A DNA stretch of 52,517 nt, counting the filler, from Diploschistes diacapsis (lineage: Eukaryota), in the NCBI GenBank assembly GCA_023645945.1. It is 3 parts of 3 records of this genome, joined end to end, with 100 filler letters (N's around TTAATTAATTAA, not from the genome) between each part and the next. Parts side by side here need not be neighbours in the genome. Positions count along the whole stretch, not along the records: positions 35,115 to 52,517 come from JALAIB010000457.1; 2 more parts are not named here. The stretch is one strand, 5' to 3'. This document shows, in pieces, positions 37,664 through 51,663 of the stretch. Made by a program: the position numbers and the translations under genes. Position 1 is the first letter of the stretch, and each line of letters opens with the position of its first letter. The notes beneath the pieces are model-generated. The model worked only from the letters and a program-made list of their open reading frames with translations. It was not told the origin of the DNA and ran no database searches.

Positions 37664-38620
37664 GGAACGGGGGGCTTCGCGCGTGGGTGCTGTTCGGTGT
37701 CGTTGGGCTGGCCGCACCGGCGCCGTCGTTACGCCCCGGAGAGCGCCCCTTGGGCGATACATACGCTTTTTTTCCTTTTGGAGGATGGCATCGTGCAGCA
37801 GTGGGGTTTGGCTAGCTTTCTGCGCCGGGGGAATAAAACCATCGTACACTCCGAGGGGTGGACAATGAGCTCCGATGCTTCTATGTACGTAATTTTGGGC
37901 CTTCAGCATGAACTTGAAGGGAAGTGAATGGGGGAAAGCGAAGGTGTTCTTTCGGCACAAGCCATCAGCGATTGGGGCTCTACTTAATACATCAAGTCTC
38001 TCCAAACAATTATGCCACACCCTAAGTTAACTCCCTTTTCGTGAATAAGTTTATTTTCAGTATAATAAAATAACTTTTTCGGTTTTGCTGTACAACAACG
38101 CCCCCGGTCACTAGAACACGGTTTGAGTTCTTTAAGTTGTGGACGAACGGCCCAAAACCGGGGATGGGGGAAGCAACCTGATCCCCGCTCCGTTACAATC
38201 TCAGATGCTGCCAGCCCCAACCTCCCAAGCCGTGGGATTAGTTTTCCTCAAGCTCAGTAACAGGGGATGCGATACTCTTGTAGGCAGACGAGTTAAAACC
38301 CTGTGGGAAACCTGCCGCCGTTTGAAGCTCCCACACGATGAATGATGAACGTATAATGCTGCTGCCTAAAGCCAATGCTGCCCACCCGCTGCTCCAAGCC
38401 CATGGCCAGCTCCCACGCTCAATCTCCGGGTATAAGAACATGCAACAGCACCTCGCTGCCATTTTCTCTGCCTCATTCCCCCTGACCATCCCGTTTTTGA
38501 CCCACTGGCATCCCTTCCCTCAACGATTGCCCTTGCCCCCCCCCCCCCTTCGTTCCTTCACTCTACCTACCTACCTGTCCAGCCCTTCCCTAAAAGTAAA
38601 CTCCCCTACGACATACCACA

Positions 38621-39829
38621 ATGTCCTCCCCCTCCATCCCCCAAACAATGCGCGCCTGGACTTACACGGCCCGCGGCCAACCCCGACGTGTCCTCTCCCT
38701 GACCAGCATCCCGACGCCTCCCCCACCCACGGGCGCCAACCTCCTGGTCCGCGTCTCCCACGCGGCCATCAACCCGGACGGCCCCATGGTCATGCGCACC
38801 TTCCCGACGACCTGCCGTCGCAAGCCCTGCATTCCCGAGCTCGAGTTCTCCGGGGTCATCGTCGCCGCAGGGCCCTCCGTGCCCTCCACCGCACCCGGTT
38901 CGGCTTCGGTTTCCTTGACCCCGGGCACGGCGGTTGTTGGCTGGTTTCAGCCGTACAATGCCATAGTTTTTGGGCGGGGCGCGCTGGCCGAGTACGTGAC
39001 CGTGGCGAGCGACAGTGTCGTTGCCAAGCCCAAGGGTGTCGGGTTTGAGGAGGCTGCGGGAATGACCGCGGTGGGACAAACGGCGTGGAAGATGCTGAGG
39101 GTTGCGCAAGCGAGGGAAGGGATGAAGGTGCTCGTTAATGGAGGTAGTACAGGGGTGGGGACGATGCTGGTGCAGTTGTTGAAGGTGAAGGCGTGTGAGG
39201 TTGTGGCGACTTGTTCGGAGGGGAATGCGGGGATGGTGAGGAGGTTGGGAGCCGATGAGGTGGGTTGCTAGCTGAAGGACCTCGGAGCTGCGCGAGGGCG
39301 GTCAGAGGTTGTGGGTTTTCACTATGGATTAACTGGTGCACCTAGATCGTTGATTATCGCAAAGAACATCCCGTATGGGAGTACCTGGCCAAAGAATACA
39401 AGGGGCGTCCGTTCGACATCATCTTCGATGCCGCCGGCACGCAAGCGCTATTCTCGCACTCGCCTGCATATCTCAAGGAAGATGGCCCGTTTGTCAACGT
39501 TGGAGCATTTGAGGGCCCCGTCAAGACCTTAGTAAACGCTATGTACAACTGGTTCTGGCCGATAATGTTCGGTGGCGTCCCGAGGAAGTACTTCTTCCAT
39601 AGCACTGCAATGAACAAGCAAGTAGAAGAGGAGCTGATGGACCTGCTGGAAAGGCGAAAGATCAAAGTGGAGATCGAAAAGGTTTATCCGATGGAAGATG
39701 CGCTAGAGGTGAAGCTTTCTACGAATGTCCCGTCGAGCAGATCCCCTTGCTGACCGAGACCAGGGTTATGATAAGATAGTTGGTCAGAGAGCCAAGGGGA
39801 AGCAGATCATCAAGGTCCAGTGCCTCTGA
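38621..39829 (+). CDS. MDR-superfamily NAD(P)H quinone oxidoreductase / zinc-type ADH-like protein (YIM1/RTN4IP1-like), 3 exons
   Basis: LLVRVSHAAINPDG, GALAEYV, VLVNGGSTGVGT, LGADE|IVDYR, last exon RAKGKQIIKV. Confidence 0.9.
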
Positions 39830-40279
39830 AAAAGGCTCGACAAACCTATAGCATCCATATCCAACGTTTTGGAGGGTTGTTGCTGGCTGTCCTGCATTTT
39901 TTAACGTAGTCCAGTGTGTAGATATTTTCCATTTTCGGATTTCCATAATCAGATCATTCACATCGGCAAGAATTCACATTAGAGTCGTGCCGTTTAAATT
40001 CAACACGTCGTCAGATCATACTCTGACTGATGTTCCGCTAGCATCCCCCGTTGCGAGGGCTCGGTGCGAGATCGCAATAGTGGCACAGACCGCCTCCACC
40101 ATCTGCAACATGGACGCCCTTATTCATCAAACAATCAGGGGTGTTTCCTAGACTTGAATATAGTTGACTGTTCTAGCGTAGTGAACATGATTGGCGCTGC
40201 TTATCCAGCCATTTTAGCAAAAGCTAAATCTGACATGCCCATGTTCTTTACCCGAAGCAACTAGGGATATGACTCGCAC

Positions 40280-41390
40280 TCAAGAGAGCAAACCGCAGAA
40301 GCCGAGACCGTCTTTTTCATACCAGCCACGCGAGATGAGTTGTTGCTCGATAGATCTCCAGCGTTTGGTCTTTTTGGGAGACTTCAAATCGAGATCCCCA
40401 ATTCGCGCCTCAATCGCTCCGGTTTCAACAGGGGGGATCTATCATAACTGTCTCAATCGATTCTGGCTAATGAAATATGCATCTATTTACCTTGAGATAC
40501 AACGAGCAATCCCGTAAAGTCATGGCGGTACGGAAACCTTTGTCCTCAGCAATAGCACCAATGATTCCAACCGGATCTAGCTTCTGCTGCAAGTACCTGA
40601 TTTTGGTTAGTAGCGGTGATGTTAAGAAATATGCAACTAGACGCTTCTCGAGTGACGAATCTGATACTCCATGGACCTGGGACTTGTTCAATATGGCCCT
40701 CACGGCTCTTTCTACCTTGGATTCTATGCCTGATACAAGGTCCAAAGGACACAGTGTGCAATCAAAAGTCGGAGAGTCCGAGCTCCAAGCCCCTTCTGCC
40801 GCTCGTGCGAGTCCAAGTGCACAAGTGCGGCATCTCCTCGCTCCCGCGGGTGCGTTGGGAGACTGCGAGAGCCACTTCGGCTTGAGCTCCACGGTCACCC
40901 AACCCCGCCCGGGTGGAGAAGACATGTCTTTTACTAGCTGGCCGCACTCGCTTTTTGCAAGATAGACACCACTGAACACCTTGGGCCTGTAACCACCATT
41001 GTCCATGGCAACAAGGACAGCATTGAGCTGGTCCACCGTCGCTTGCGGTACCTCAATCAGGGTTTGCATGACGATCTCATCTTCCTCGAATAGAGGTTCG
41101 ATATGGTCGTGGAAATCTCGTTGCCCCTCCAGAATAGTAGTCACTGTTGGGAGATCCTTGCGGAGGCGTAGAAGATTGCCTTTTAGGTATGAATGATCGG
41201 GCTGATCCAGATCTACTTGCCAGGCTTCAAGCGCCGTCGGCTGCGGTGTAGCAGGACTATAATGATCAATCTCCGTAGGTGGTATCTCATCCATGGTACT
41301 CGACGTTGGGATGCCTATCCGATATAAGACATTCGCACCGCCCTCGGCGAAGTAGGTCAGGCTTGTGGCCTTGGGCAGTACAGGAGCCAT
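40280..41390 (-). CDS. IPK1: Inositol-pentakisphosphate 2-kinase; exons 41390-40491 and 40438-40280
   Basis: YFAEGGANVLY, LLRLRK, VELKPKWLSQSP, CRTCA, CPLDL, AMTLRDCSLYLK|...IGDLDLKS. Confidence 0.92.
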
Positions 41391-41684
41391 GCTGCAAGAG
41401 CTTGTTGCAAGTCCAAGACCAGCCCCCTGCGATGACCAGCCGCCTCTGTATTACTATGTTGAGTAGCTGAGCAGAAAAAACAAAAGCACGTTGTGAAAAG
41501 CTTGATATGGAATAGCCGAGAGGGAACATCGATGAAACATCGAGATTGAGCATGATATGGGAGGCACTCGGGCTCCAGACCCGAACTGTTATTTCAACCA
41601 GCCGTACGTAGGTTCACATGCTTGGTAAGAAAGGGGACGGACGCCTTTGGTCTTGGCTCTCTGGAGTTGGACGTACCAAAGTTA

Positions 41685-41711
41685 AAGAAGAAGAAGAAGA
41701 AGAAGAAGAAG
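41685..41711. repeat. (AAG)9 microsatellite
   Basis: Read directly from the sequence. Confidence 0.9.
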
Positions 41712-42555
41712 GGGATATTCTTTTGCGCCATGATGGTTTGTGCATGTATTCATTCGCACATTAGGCGCAACTTCAATTGTTAAGGGGAAATTTTACCGTT
41801 CCCACGATTACTCTTGTACGTGGGGAGACTGGGATGATCTACTGTACAACATGTCCTTCGCACTGGGCTCGACAGGTTGAAGTTGTCCAAGCTACTACGG
41901 CTAATAAGCACAAGTTGGCTACAAGCGGGACGGCAAAGACTTTTCCGTAATGACTATGGGTAGGCACGGTTATTGACGTAGGAAAACTGCTTTCCCATGA
42001 GCTTTTACTCAGGCATTTACAAAATCACCAAGTTCTGCGAATGCAACACAACCCGTGTCAGCGAAGAGCCTTAATTGGGCACATATTAGCATGACATCCC
42101 CGATCCAGTGGATATGCTGCTCCAAGCTCTCTCCCTATGCTAGCACGAACCGACAATTATTCCTTCATTAAGAGGCCGAATTATTTTCCTCCACCAACAC
42201 CGTAGGCTTGAGCCATGCTCTTTCGTTAAGATCGTAAAGGCCTTGTGGCCAAATTGCGGCAGCAAGAAGGAGCCGTTAATTTAGGTCGATGCGGGTCGGG
42301 ACATAATGTTGTAGAGATTGCTCTTGCATTCGAGGTCGTAATATTCTGTAGCGGGTCCGAAAGCGCCGGGAGTAAGTACGACAACCATGCATTGGGCGAA
42401 GTAAACAAACCCCCCGTGGGGGAACTTAAGTGTCGAAATACGAACTCCACCGGGCACAAGAGCGAAGGGAATCCTGCATTGCAGAGCGTAGAACGTGACG
42501 GATGTGCTTTGATCGTTCACGAATTGGGGCGGTCCCTTGTTCATAGCGACCAAAG

Positions 42556-45500
42556 TCACCCCAACTTTGGTTCTTCCTCCGGGATTGTCCCGAACTGGAC
42601 ATTGCCAGCATGATGAACCATCGACATAGCTGGATAAGGTCCCTGGCGCAGTCCGCTCTGGCCCATCATGTTCGCTACAGGAGCGCCCGAGGCACTTTGC
42701 AGCTGAGCAGCCTGATAATGCGTCAACACGGGTGCCTCTTGTACGGCTTGTTGGGCTTGCTGTACGGCTGCTTGGGCTGCCTGAGCGGCATGTGCGGCTT
42801 GAGCCTGTTGCTGTTGAAGACGCAGCTGTTCCTGATTCTGAGCCTCGGGCGTGACCGGTGGCTCCTCCTTCATGCACGCAGCTTCCAGCATGTTTGTCCA
42901 CTTTCCGGGATTCCCCCCATGGCTGTGCTTTAGATGCTGCCTAAAGTGATCGGCGCGATAGAACTTCTTGCTTTGGTTGCACTCGCTGAACTTATGAACG
43001 TTTGTCAAGTGTTCGCCTCTTGCCAGCCAGTCGGGCTGCGGAAGATTGGGAAACTCTTCGCCACAATACCCACACACGTCGAACGGGGCGATCGTGCCGG
43101 GAGGGTGTTGAGGTTGAACATGGCCGCTTGTGTTGGGCGGAGTTGCCGTGCACGGGTGGAAGGCGGCTTCAAAGTTGCGTTCGAGCGTTGCGCAAGACCA
43201 GGAGTGACGGCGAAGGTGCAACGAATTTTGGTGCCGCTCCGCTTCGTTCTTATTTTTGAACCTGTTGTGGCAGTATTGACAAACGTACTGTTTTTCGGCT
43301 TGATGTTGCCTACGAAGTTTTCAATTTGTTAGCAAGCAAGCGCGGACCAAGTGGACAAGAAGGGCTGTAAGGCTTAAGGCTTAAGGCTGAGTGAGGGCTG
43401 AGAAGGAACTTCCAAAAATAATAAAAACCTACCGAAGCTCTTCGACAGTGTCAAACTTCTTTGGTTTCTTTGGACAACAGTCACAAATGTGATGACTTGC
43501 CGAATGCTTTGGTGGGTTCTGTTGTTTCATACGACTGGCGTTTTCTGCATGAACTTTTTGCGCCGCGGCGGCAGCAAGCTGTTGGGTTGCGTCGACAGAA
43601 AACTGAGGCTGACTTTGAACATCGAGCCCTTGAAGGCCCGGATCCAGCGTCAGCGAGCTCATGTACGGCGAGGCATGTGACTCTTGCTTCAAAGACTTCG
43701 GCATGGTGGCGGCGGGCGAAAGACGGTCTTGTGCGGATGGAGAGGTGATGCTACTGAGTCCGACGGACAAGTTTGACGCGTAAGAATCGATGGTTGACAG
43801 GCCTGCAGCAGAATCGGGTGAGTACGAAGAATAATTGGGATGAGCTAGATGTTGAAAGACTGGGGTTGCGCGTTTTGCGAAAGGATGATGCTGACCGGGG
43901 GTGCGACGCTGTTGCTCACCGGCCGCTCCCTGTGGTGGCTGCTGCTGTGCCTGGGCCGAGGCCGCCTGTCTCTCGTCGGGCGACACCTCGGTTGGCGGGG
44001 ATGAGGCTCTGCGCTTCATGCCTGATCTCGAAGGCTGCGAGTGGAGACGAGGGACTGTTGCTGAGGTTGAATCAAAACTGTGCTGTGGTGGCGGTGTTGA
44101 GTAATAATCGTCGAGTTGCAAGTGTCTCATATCACCTCCAGTTTCTGCCAGAGTCAGAGGGAAGTCAGCGGTCTCGGGTTGTTCGCGACTAGTAAACGTT
44201 GTACTAGTAGTAGTGTTAATGTTCGGATTCCCGTGTTCAAAGCTCGCTCGGTTAAACATTCCCGGTGTGCCCCCCCCACCACCACCACTTCGAGCTCCAG
44301 CTCCAGCTCCAGCTTCAACTCCAGCTTCGACTCCGCGACTGCCGCGACCGCCGCGACCGCGTTGTCTTTGTGAGGGTGCGCGTCTTGCTTCTGTTTCAGC
44401 TACTTGCCGCGACGAGCGTGATCCAAATGATGATGATGATGATGATAATGATGCAGATGCTGATGCCGATGCTGCAGCAGCAGCAGCAGCAGCAGAGTTT
44501 GCTGCTTCGACTGCTTTCGCCGCAAGTGTCAAATAACTTTTTTCAACCTTCGGTCTTGTGTTTCCTAGCTTGACGCGCCCGAAATGATGTTCACCAGCCA
44601 TTTCGTTCAACGAACTTCCCCCAAGCGATGTACGCGACGAAGCTACGCTTGTTGTACCAAAACTTGAAATTGGAGTTCTTCGAAAATCTGTACCGGGCGA
44701 TGCCAAGGATGACTGCGGACTGTGCGTAAATCTGCTACTCGCTGGGGACGCGACTCTGAAGGGTGAATCGGAAGACGCGCTCAGCGATCGGTCTGATAGT
44801 GAGAGCGTGTTAAGCCGTGGTGGACGACCGGCTTGAGCGCTGGCCCGTGATGGCAGTACTGCGGGAGATGGGTCGATGCTGCCGGCTGTAGATGATCGTG
44901 TAGGAGTTCTCGGCCCCCCCATCTTAGCTTTTAGATGGTTATCGTACGCATGTGATGAGTCCTTGCGGTTTTGCTTCTCCAGCGGTCTTTCGCCTTGGAG
45001 TCTAAGACATCCACCGGTGTCAGCCTAGTTCTACACCCCTTCTGACAGACTACAGCCCTGGATCACACACCGCCTCCTTCACTAGAGTAGACAATGAAGG
45101 GGGGGGGAGGTGGGGAACCTTTTTTGAAAGCTCTGCAAGGGTGCTATCATTCCCATCGCCCAATATAAGGATAAGGAAATGAGATAAACTGGAGACTGAC
45201 TGCAGAAAGCTACCCACGCCCGGGAGGCTATTGTATCCCTCATCACCTAAACTCATTGTGAACGCATCTGTTCCCGTAGGCGACCTTACTGTCGAAGTTG
45301 ACGCCGAGCTTTCCCTGCGCCGGCTGTCCCAAAGTTCTGACGAAAGAGTAGACCGGTGCTCGCGACTACCTTTTTGATCCCATGGCGTTGTCCCAGGACT
45401 AACGGCGCGCGACCCCGGCTGCCGCTTCCAGTTCTGATTCGACCATTCCCAATAAATGTCATTTCCCGCCTCAAGCTCTCGATTGAAGGGCGGCGGTGGT

Positions 45501-45691
45501 AATGGAGGGGGTGGGGAGGGAGGTCTCGAGGAGTTCGGTATCGTCAAAGGTAGAGCGCCTCTGTGATACGCTCTTGAGGCATTGGGAGAATGCGAAGGCA
45601 GCCTGTTCGAGTGGCGAGAGGAGTCTGATACTCGAAATCCGAGGGAACTATCGATTGAGGAGGGGGACGAAGTAGGAATTCGCTGGGCCAT
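42556..45691 (-). CDS. nsdC: C2H2 zinc-finger transcription factor resembling the NsdC developmental regulator; exons 45691-45201, 45001-43433, 43309-42556
   Basis: HICDCCPKKPKKFDTVEELR|QHQAEKQYVCQYCHNRFKNKNEAERHQNSLHLRRHSWSC, CGYCGEEF...HLTNVHKF, KKFYRADHFRQHLKHSH. The C2H2 call is firm; the symbol comes from recalled similarity only. Confidence 0.8.
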
Positions 45692-48158
45692 CTTGACAGA
45701 CGGGATTGGTTTGCCACCAGATTACCTGTGTGTGACGCGCCAACCTTTCTCAACTGGCTGGTAGCAACGCTTTGGTTGGCAAGCAGCCGCGGACCCAAGC
45801 CCCCAGTGCTTAGTCCGGGAACAAGCTTGAGGCGGGCAATGCTCGCGGTGACACGATCTTGGAGTCAAAGTTGAATAAGTAAAAGCAGCGAAAATGGCAG
45901 TTAAGCAAAGGAAGAGCGAGAAGAGAAGACTTGAAGGGCGTTGGGAGTGCTCCAAGTCGACGACGAGATATCGCGTGAGATATTTGCGGCTCAGCACTGC
46001 TAGAGACAATACTATCATTGTTAACCCAAGTTGTTATACAACCCATCAAAAACAGTCAGAAATAAGATTGCCAGTCAAAATAAAAAACGCAGCGGGGATT
46101 GGCTGCGGATTAACTGATTCAGAAGACCCATAGGGCCTGGGAAGAGAACGGGCGATGTAAGCCTCTCAGGGCTACAAAGCCTACAACGGGAGAAAAGGGA
46201 GGCGGTGGTATCCAGTAGTAGCACGAACATGGAACAGTACAGAGTATGGTTTTTAAGAACGTACCTGTTCTCGAGCTCACCGGCTGGGGCCTGCCCAGTG
46301 TACGCAACTGTACAACTGCACAACTGCACAAACTGCACAACGGCTCAGGGCCTTAGTTAGAGTGTAGAACAAAGACCCTGTCGAATTTCTCAACCGCTGC
46401 CAACAAGCTTCGCAATCGAGCCACTATTCCCACTAAGACCCGTGGGGGGGATGGACCTTCTTCTGGGAGCCGGACATGAAAACTTAGCGTTAATAATCGA
46501 GGGAAATAGGGGGGGTGGAGGAGGGGTGGCCGAGTGAATGAGTGAGTGAGCGAGCAGTGGTGCCTCGTGTACTTACCTGCAAGTCGTCCGTGCGTATACA
46601 GTTATACTGAAAAGATCCAGTGATGACCAACGACCAATGATCAATCCGCGAGAAAATGACAGCTAATTTTCTGAATCCCCTCCTCGGTAGTAGTAGATAC
46701 ACACACTAAAGCCCCCCTTGAAGCCCCGAAACAGAGAGCACCTGGCAAGTTTTGCAGCTCCCCGTTGTGCCACCAGCTTCAAGTTCCTACCAGTACGATC
46801 CCGCAAAAACACGCACCAACTGCACGTTGATCGCATGGAAAGAAGATCGCGACTCCAGATTGGGAGTTGCCGGATTGCAAAGCACAATCCTCGTTTCAAG
46901 CCTCGAAAGTTGCAGTTTCAGGGTTGGAGAAGGAGCTCAAGCACGTGATTCAGCCTGTGCTTTCTTTTTTCCCAAGATCCAGGCCAGGATGTCTACCGGC
47001 GCTGCCGTCACTGCTCTGTACCACATACAGTAAGCCGTGCTATAACGTTGAACTCCTTCCAAAACAGAGAGACCTTAATCTTGGAAATCATCCGCACGTG
47101 GATTAAGTATGGTCTGATCAGTGCCTCAAGGGTTTGTGGCCTTGCGCAAGTGATGCTGGGTAGTTTTTCGAAGGCTTCGTGAGGCCGAATGCGAATTGCT
47201 CCAAATGCTTAGTATAAGATGTCGACTTGCTAAGAATACAGACCGCACACGTTGCGTGGGGGATTTCGGAAGAGTGCAGGAGCCACAGCAGCCGTGCTGG
47301 TGCTTCAAGGAGCTTCGTTGACGGGTTTAATATGGATCCTATCGAGGTTCTAGGATCTCAGTAGCATGAAGGATGCCAGAGATGAAAGGGAAGGGCAGGC
47401 TGAGGGGCTTTATTATTACGATACTATCATCTCAGCTGTGGTTTTTTTTACGACGTCTTGTGCATGTGGGTAGCATCAGATGCTGTGTTGAGATGTGCAA
47501 GGTTTACTAGTCGGACCTCTAAGAATCCGGCTTATGGTCAGTAGCCCCCCATAAGAAGTTGAGAGGGCCTTGCGTATAGGTATCATCCTCTTGGACAACG
47601 AAGACGCTATTTTGCTGACCGCAGATACTAATCATTCATGGAGGAGCAGAAGGGGATTGCACAAATGGGGAGATAAAGCAGCGAAAATAAGAGAGAGAGA
47701 GTGATGAACTACTGCTGTATGCAACATTAGCATCAGCACAAGTTTTTCTCCGTCTGGTAGTATCATTGATTGTCAGTTGCTTTGTTTTTACTGCACATTC
47801 TGCCGTGACTGCTCAGCCTTCCAAGGCGATGGCCGGTAGGGCTGCGGTGTGGCTACCACATCAGGGTGTCAATACGACGGTAGAAAAATAAAAAGGTAAA
47901 AAGGTAAAAAGGTAAAAAACCAAGGAACAACAACTAGCAATTGAACCCGTGCTTACTTACTACTCTTACTACTCTTGCTCTCACAAACCAAACTTTTGCA
48001 ACGGGGTGTGTGCGAATCAAAGCCCTGTAGGGCTTGAGCTATACATAAGGTTTAGCGAGAAACGGTCAGCTTCGAGCAAAACAAGAAAAACGAGTCATAA
48101 GGCACTTCCCCACTTCTTCTACACGAACCCAGACTGTGACAAGGATGTGTTTCGTTGT

Positions 48159-48166
48159 ATTACTAT

Positions 48167-48217
<51 letters not shown>

Positions 48218-48220
48218 CAC
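48159..48220. repeat. (ACT)n/(ACC)n compound microsatellite
   Basis: Read directly from the sequence. Confidence 0.9.
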
Positions 48221-48675
48221 GTAAGAGCGGAACGGTAGCGGCGCGGGAACCTTGAAAAGAAAACACAAGAGAGCATCTGGGGCAAAGCAAGCCTACTCTA
48301 CTACCTCACCGTATCTTATTGACTTCACTTCTCTAGTAGTGCCACTACAGAGTGCTTCATGCAGCTAACTAAGCTAATACTGTGGCTGGGCAAACTAGAT
48401 CTGAAAACCAGGACCAGCACACTATTTTTTTTTCCCTTTCCCTTTCCCTTGCCCTTTCCCTGTCCCTGCTCCTACCCGGCGTACCCGCACTTCTAAAGTC
48501 GCAACCCGATTCAGGAGCATAACCTTCCCGGGCTGATTGGCCAGTTATTTAGGTCGTATGAACTAGCGTAATAAAACCGTCAAGGACAGGCTGCGCTGCG
48601 ATAAGTCTTATCATCGAGGAATCTTGTCGGCTCCCCAGTTCTTTGCAACAACCCATCAGAGCCCGTGTGTGCGCC

Positions 48676-50056
48676 ATGTCGTTGGACAAGGTGCCACAAG
48701 CAGGAGAGCTTTACATAGGCGGGTGAGTCGAAGAAGCCCCGTCGATCGATCGTATAGCTAGAGCCTTTACGCAATCCCATAGGAAATCAAGCTTCATATG
48801 CTGATCACTGAATCGTGGACAGGCTCATTTCTATGCGACGATCTGAGGCTCTACAGAAGGCAAACATCACTCACGTAGTCTCCGCCCTGCGGCAACCGTT
48901 GGAGGTCCAGCTATTCAGTCGCTTCGAGCACCTTGTGGTCGAATTAGACGATGTTGACGACGAAGATATAGTCCAACACTTCGCTAGGAGTAACGCCTTC
49001 ATCAAAGAGGGATTGGATAGCGGCGGCGGGGTGCTTGTTCATTGGTATGTCAGTTTTCCTGGATTGTGCGTTGCAAGCTCCTTGGCGACTGTATTTGTAT
49101 GGTATCAAGAAATGCATTTAACTCTCTGTCATCAGTGGAAATTAGGTCGTCTACTGCTCGTCTCACGCTTAAAAAATTTGGGTCACCGTTTTCCCAATTA
49201 GAGAAGTGATCGTGACAGGTCCAGTCTCATTATGTTTGCGTTCTGTGCATACCAGTCCCCCCTTAAATAGCTTTTGAATTGACGTTGTGTCTGACGCAGT
49301 ATGATGGGCAAGTCTCGGTCTGCGACACTAGTCATTGCCTACCTTCTGAGCCAGAACCCGGAGGCAACACCATATAGTGCGTTAGACAGCCTTCGAACTG
49401 TCCGGTCGATCGCGGAGCCAAATGAAGGCTTCATGGAGCAGCTGCAGCTCTATCACAGTATGGGAGCTCCAATAGATGTCGATGCAGAGCCCGCCTATCA
49501 GCGTTGGCTCTTTGATCGCTCGGTGAAGATGAGCGTGGAGTGTGGACAAGCGCCAGACAATATACGCTTCGAAGATGAAGCTCGTCCTGTCCAAGGAGCT
49601 GCCTCTGGATTGGTCATCCGCTGCCGGAAATGCCGACGAACCCTCGCCACAGCAACGTACCTGGTGCCACACGAACCGAAGCAGTCTTCTGCGACGCAAG
49701 ATGCTCTTGTTGCGGCTGCTACCGAGCCCATCTCTGAGATTCCTGCCCCCCGGCAAGAGTCACAGCCCAAGGCAGGTCCGAAGCAGTGCGCACACCTATT
49801 CGTGGATCCGCTTTCCTGGATGCGGCCTGAGCTGGAAAAGGGTCAACTGGATGGCCGTCTCGAATGTCCAAAGTGCAATACCAGTGTGGGCCGGTACGCA
49901 TGGCAGGGCTTAAAATGCACTTGTGGCGCTTGGATAACGCCTGCCATCAGCTTGTCGCGAAGTCGAGTCGACCAAATCCCATCCCGTTCTCTTGCTTTTG
50001 TTGGTGGTGAGCGAAATGGATCGGCCAGCAGAGTCGGGTTTGGTGGCAAAATGTAG
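48676..50056 (+). CDS. YVH1: Dual-specificity phosphatase Yvh1/DUSP12 with C-terminal Zn-binding domain; exons approx. 48676-48722, 48823-49044, 49300-50056
   Basis: Spliced catalytic loop VLVHC|MMGKSRS (CX5R), EPNEGFMEQL, RCRKCRRTLA, CAHLF, GRLECPKC...VGRYAWQGLKCTCGAW. Confidence 0.95.
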
Positions 50057-51663
50057 ATGGTAAGTAAAGCCTAAGTCATGTCTTGGTAGGGTTGCCAAGA
50101 ACTTGAATTACTGCGGCGAGCATTGACGATTGGCCATGAACCATTGAATCTACATGTACAATAATTCTACCTCCACCCAACTACGCCTTACCAAACCACA
50201 AACTCGAGCTGAAGTTTTCAATTTGTCGGGCCAAGGAAGTCGCACAAGCAAGGCTGCGCCCAAAAAGTCCCCAAGTAGGATCTTCATACTTGGACCGAAA
50301 GAACCGACGCCCTGGTAGGTGGCAGAGCCTGGATCGACTCCACAGAACTAACTTCCACCGTACTTGTGGCAAAGTTTTGTCGTCCCCCAAGCACATATCT
50401 ATATAGGCATTGATCAGATGTTTGGCTGCTGTACTGGGGGCTCGGAGTAGGAACTGAGTGAGGGCCGCAAATCTGCCAAGCCCTGCCTTCCTACGTTGTA
50501 AAGATCACTGCTGCGCCGACTGTTTTTTATACCGAAAATTTTAACCACAAGGAGCACACACAGGACAGTCAAAGCGCTGCGGTCAGTCCCTCATATCAGA
50601 TGCGCTTGTTATTATGGAGGCGGAAATGGATTAAGGGTTTCCCCGTCATCTGTAGCATTCAAGGTGGCAAGCCTGTTTTTTTTTAAATGAGAAAGTTTTG
50701 AGTTCATTTATCCCATTTGTGAGTATTCCGTTCCCCAGTTAATCCCCGACAAATGAGGATTGGTAAGTGCTACTCTTCTTTTTGCTAAGGGAGTCCACAG
50801 AGTCTTGTGATCGAAAACTGATCCGCGCCGCGCCATATGACAGCATAATATCGAAGCTCAGCTGTGGCGTCTACTTCATCCGAGAAGCTGATATAATTCT
50901 TTGACACCGACCGAGAAATATCACACAACAAAACAAAATAAAACAAGGGATGATTAGTCTGTCGTTGTTGCATGTCCGACGATCCAAGAACTGACGCGTC
51001 TTTGAGATAATCACTAAAATGGAAGCGAGAAACAAGATGTTGCAGAAGACGATTGCATAATGTTCCTTCTAGGTCGCATACTAGAATTTTCAATTGGTAC
51101 ATGTCGATGGCACATTCTTTCTCGGAAGAAATTGTCAGAGCCTTATCAGTTGAGTCTTTGGACAACATATAAGCGCTGAGACATGCTGGGCACCATGCCT
51201 CGCTAGTGACGCCTTTGGAGATCTCTGCGTCTGCTTTCGCCATGTAAGCTGAGCTTCTTCCACGTGACCAGATGATAGCCTTTTTCTGCTCACTCCGGCC
51301 CCTGGTGGTCACGACGCGTGAAAGCCCACGGATACTGGCCTGATTGGGTATTTCGCTCTTCAATCTTGCTTACCCGCCGTGGGCGAGACCACATCTGAAC
51401 TCATTGAGTCTGCGTGATATTCGTGCAAGCTGTCATCCCACGTGGAAGCCAAAAGTTCCCCCCGATACCGCTAAGCAATACAGTGCGGTTGCTGCCTACG
51501 CAACAAGAGGCCGGTTGTTAGAAAGGACTTCGTAGAGTGATCCGAGCGACAGGGCTGAACAACAGTAGAGCCTCGCTCATAGGGCTAGCGCTTCATCGTT
51601 AGAACCTGATTCACCTGACCAAGCTCAGTTGGAGTGAGTGCACGCGGTCGATCAAGCGACCAC

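Noticed and set aside
37292..39109. Long antisense or alternative-frame ORFs (37292..38020, 38338..39048, 38606..39109)
   Set aside because: Shadow ORFs of GC-rich real genes (thioesterase, MDR oxidoreductase).
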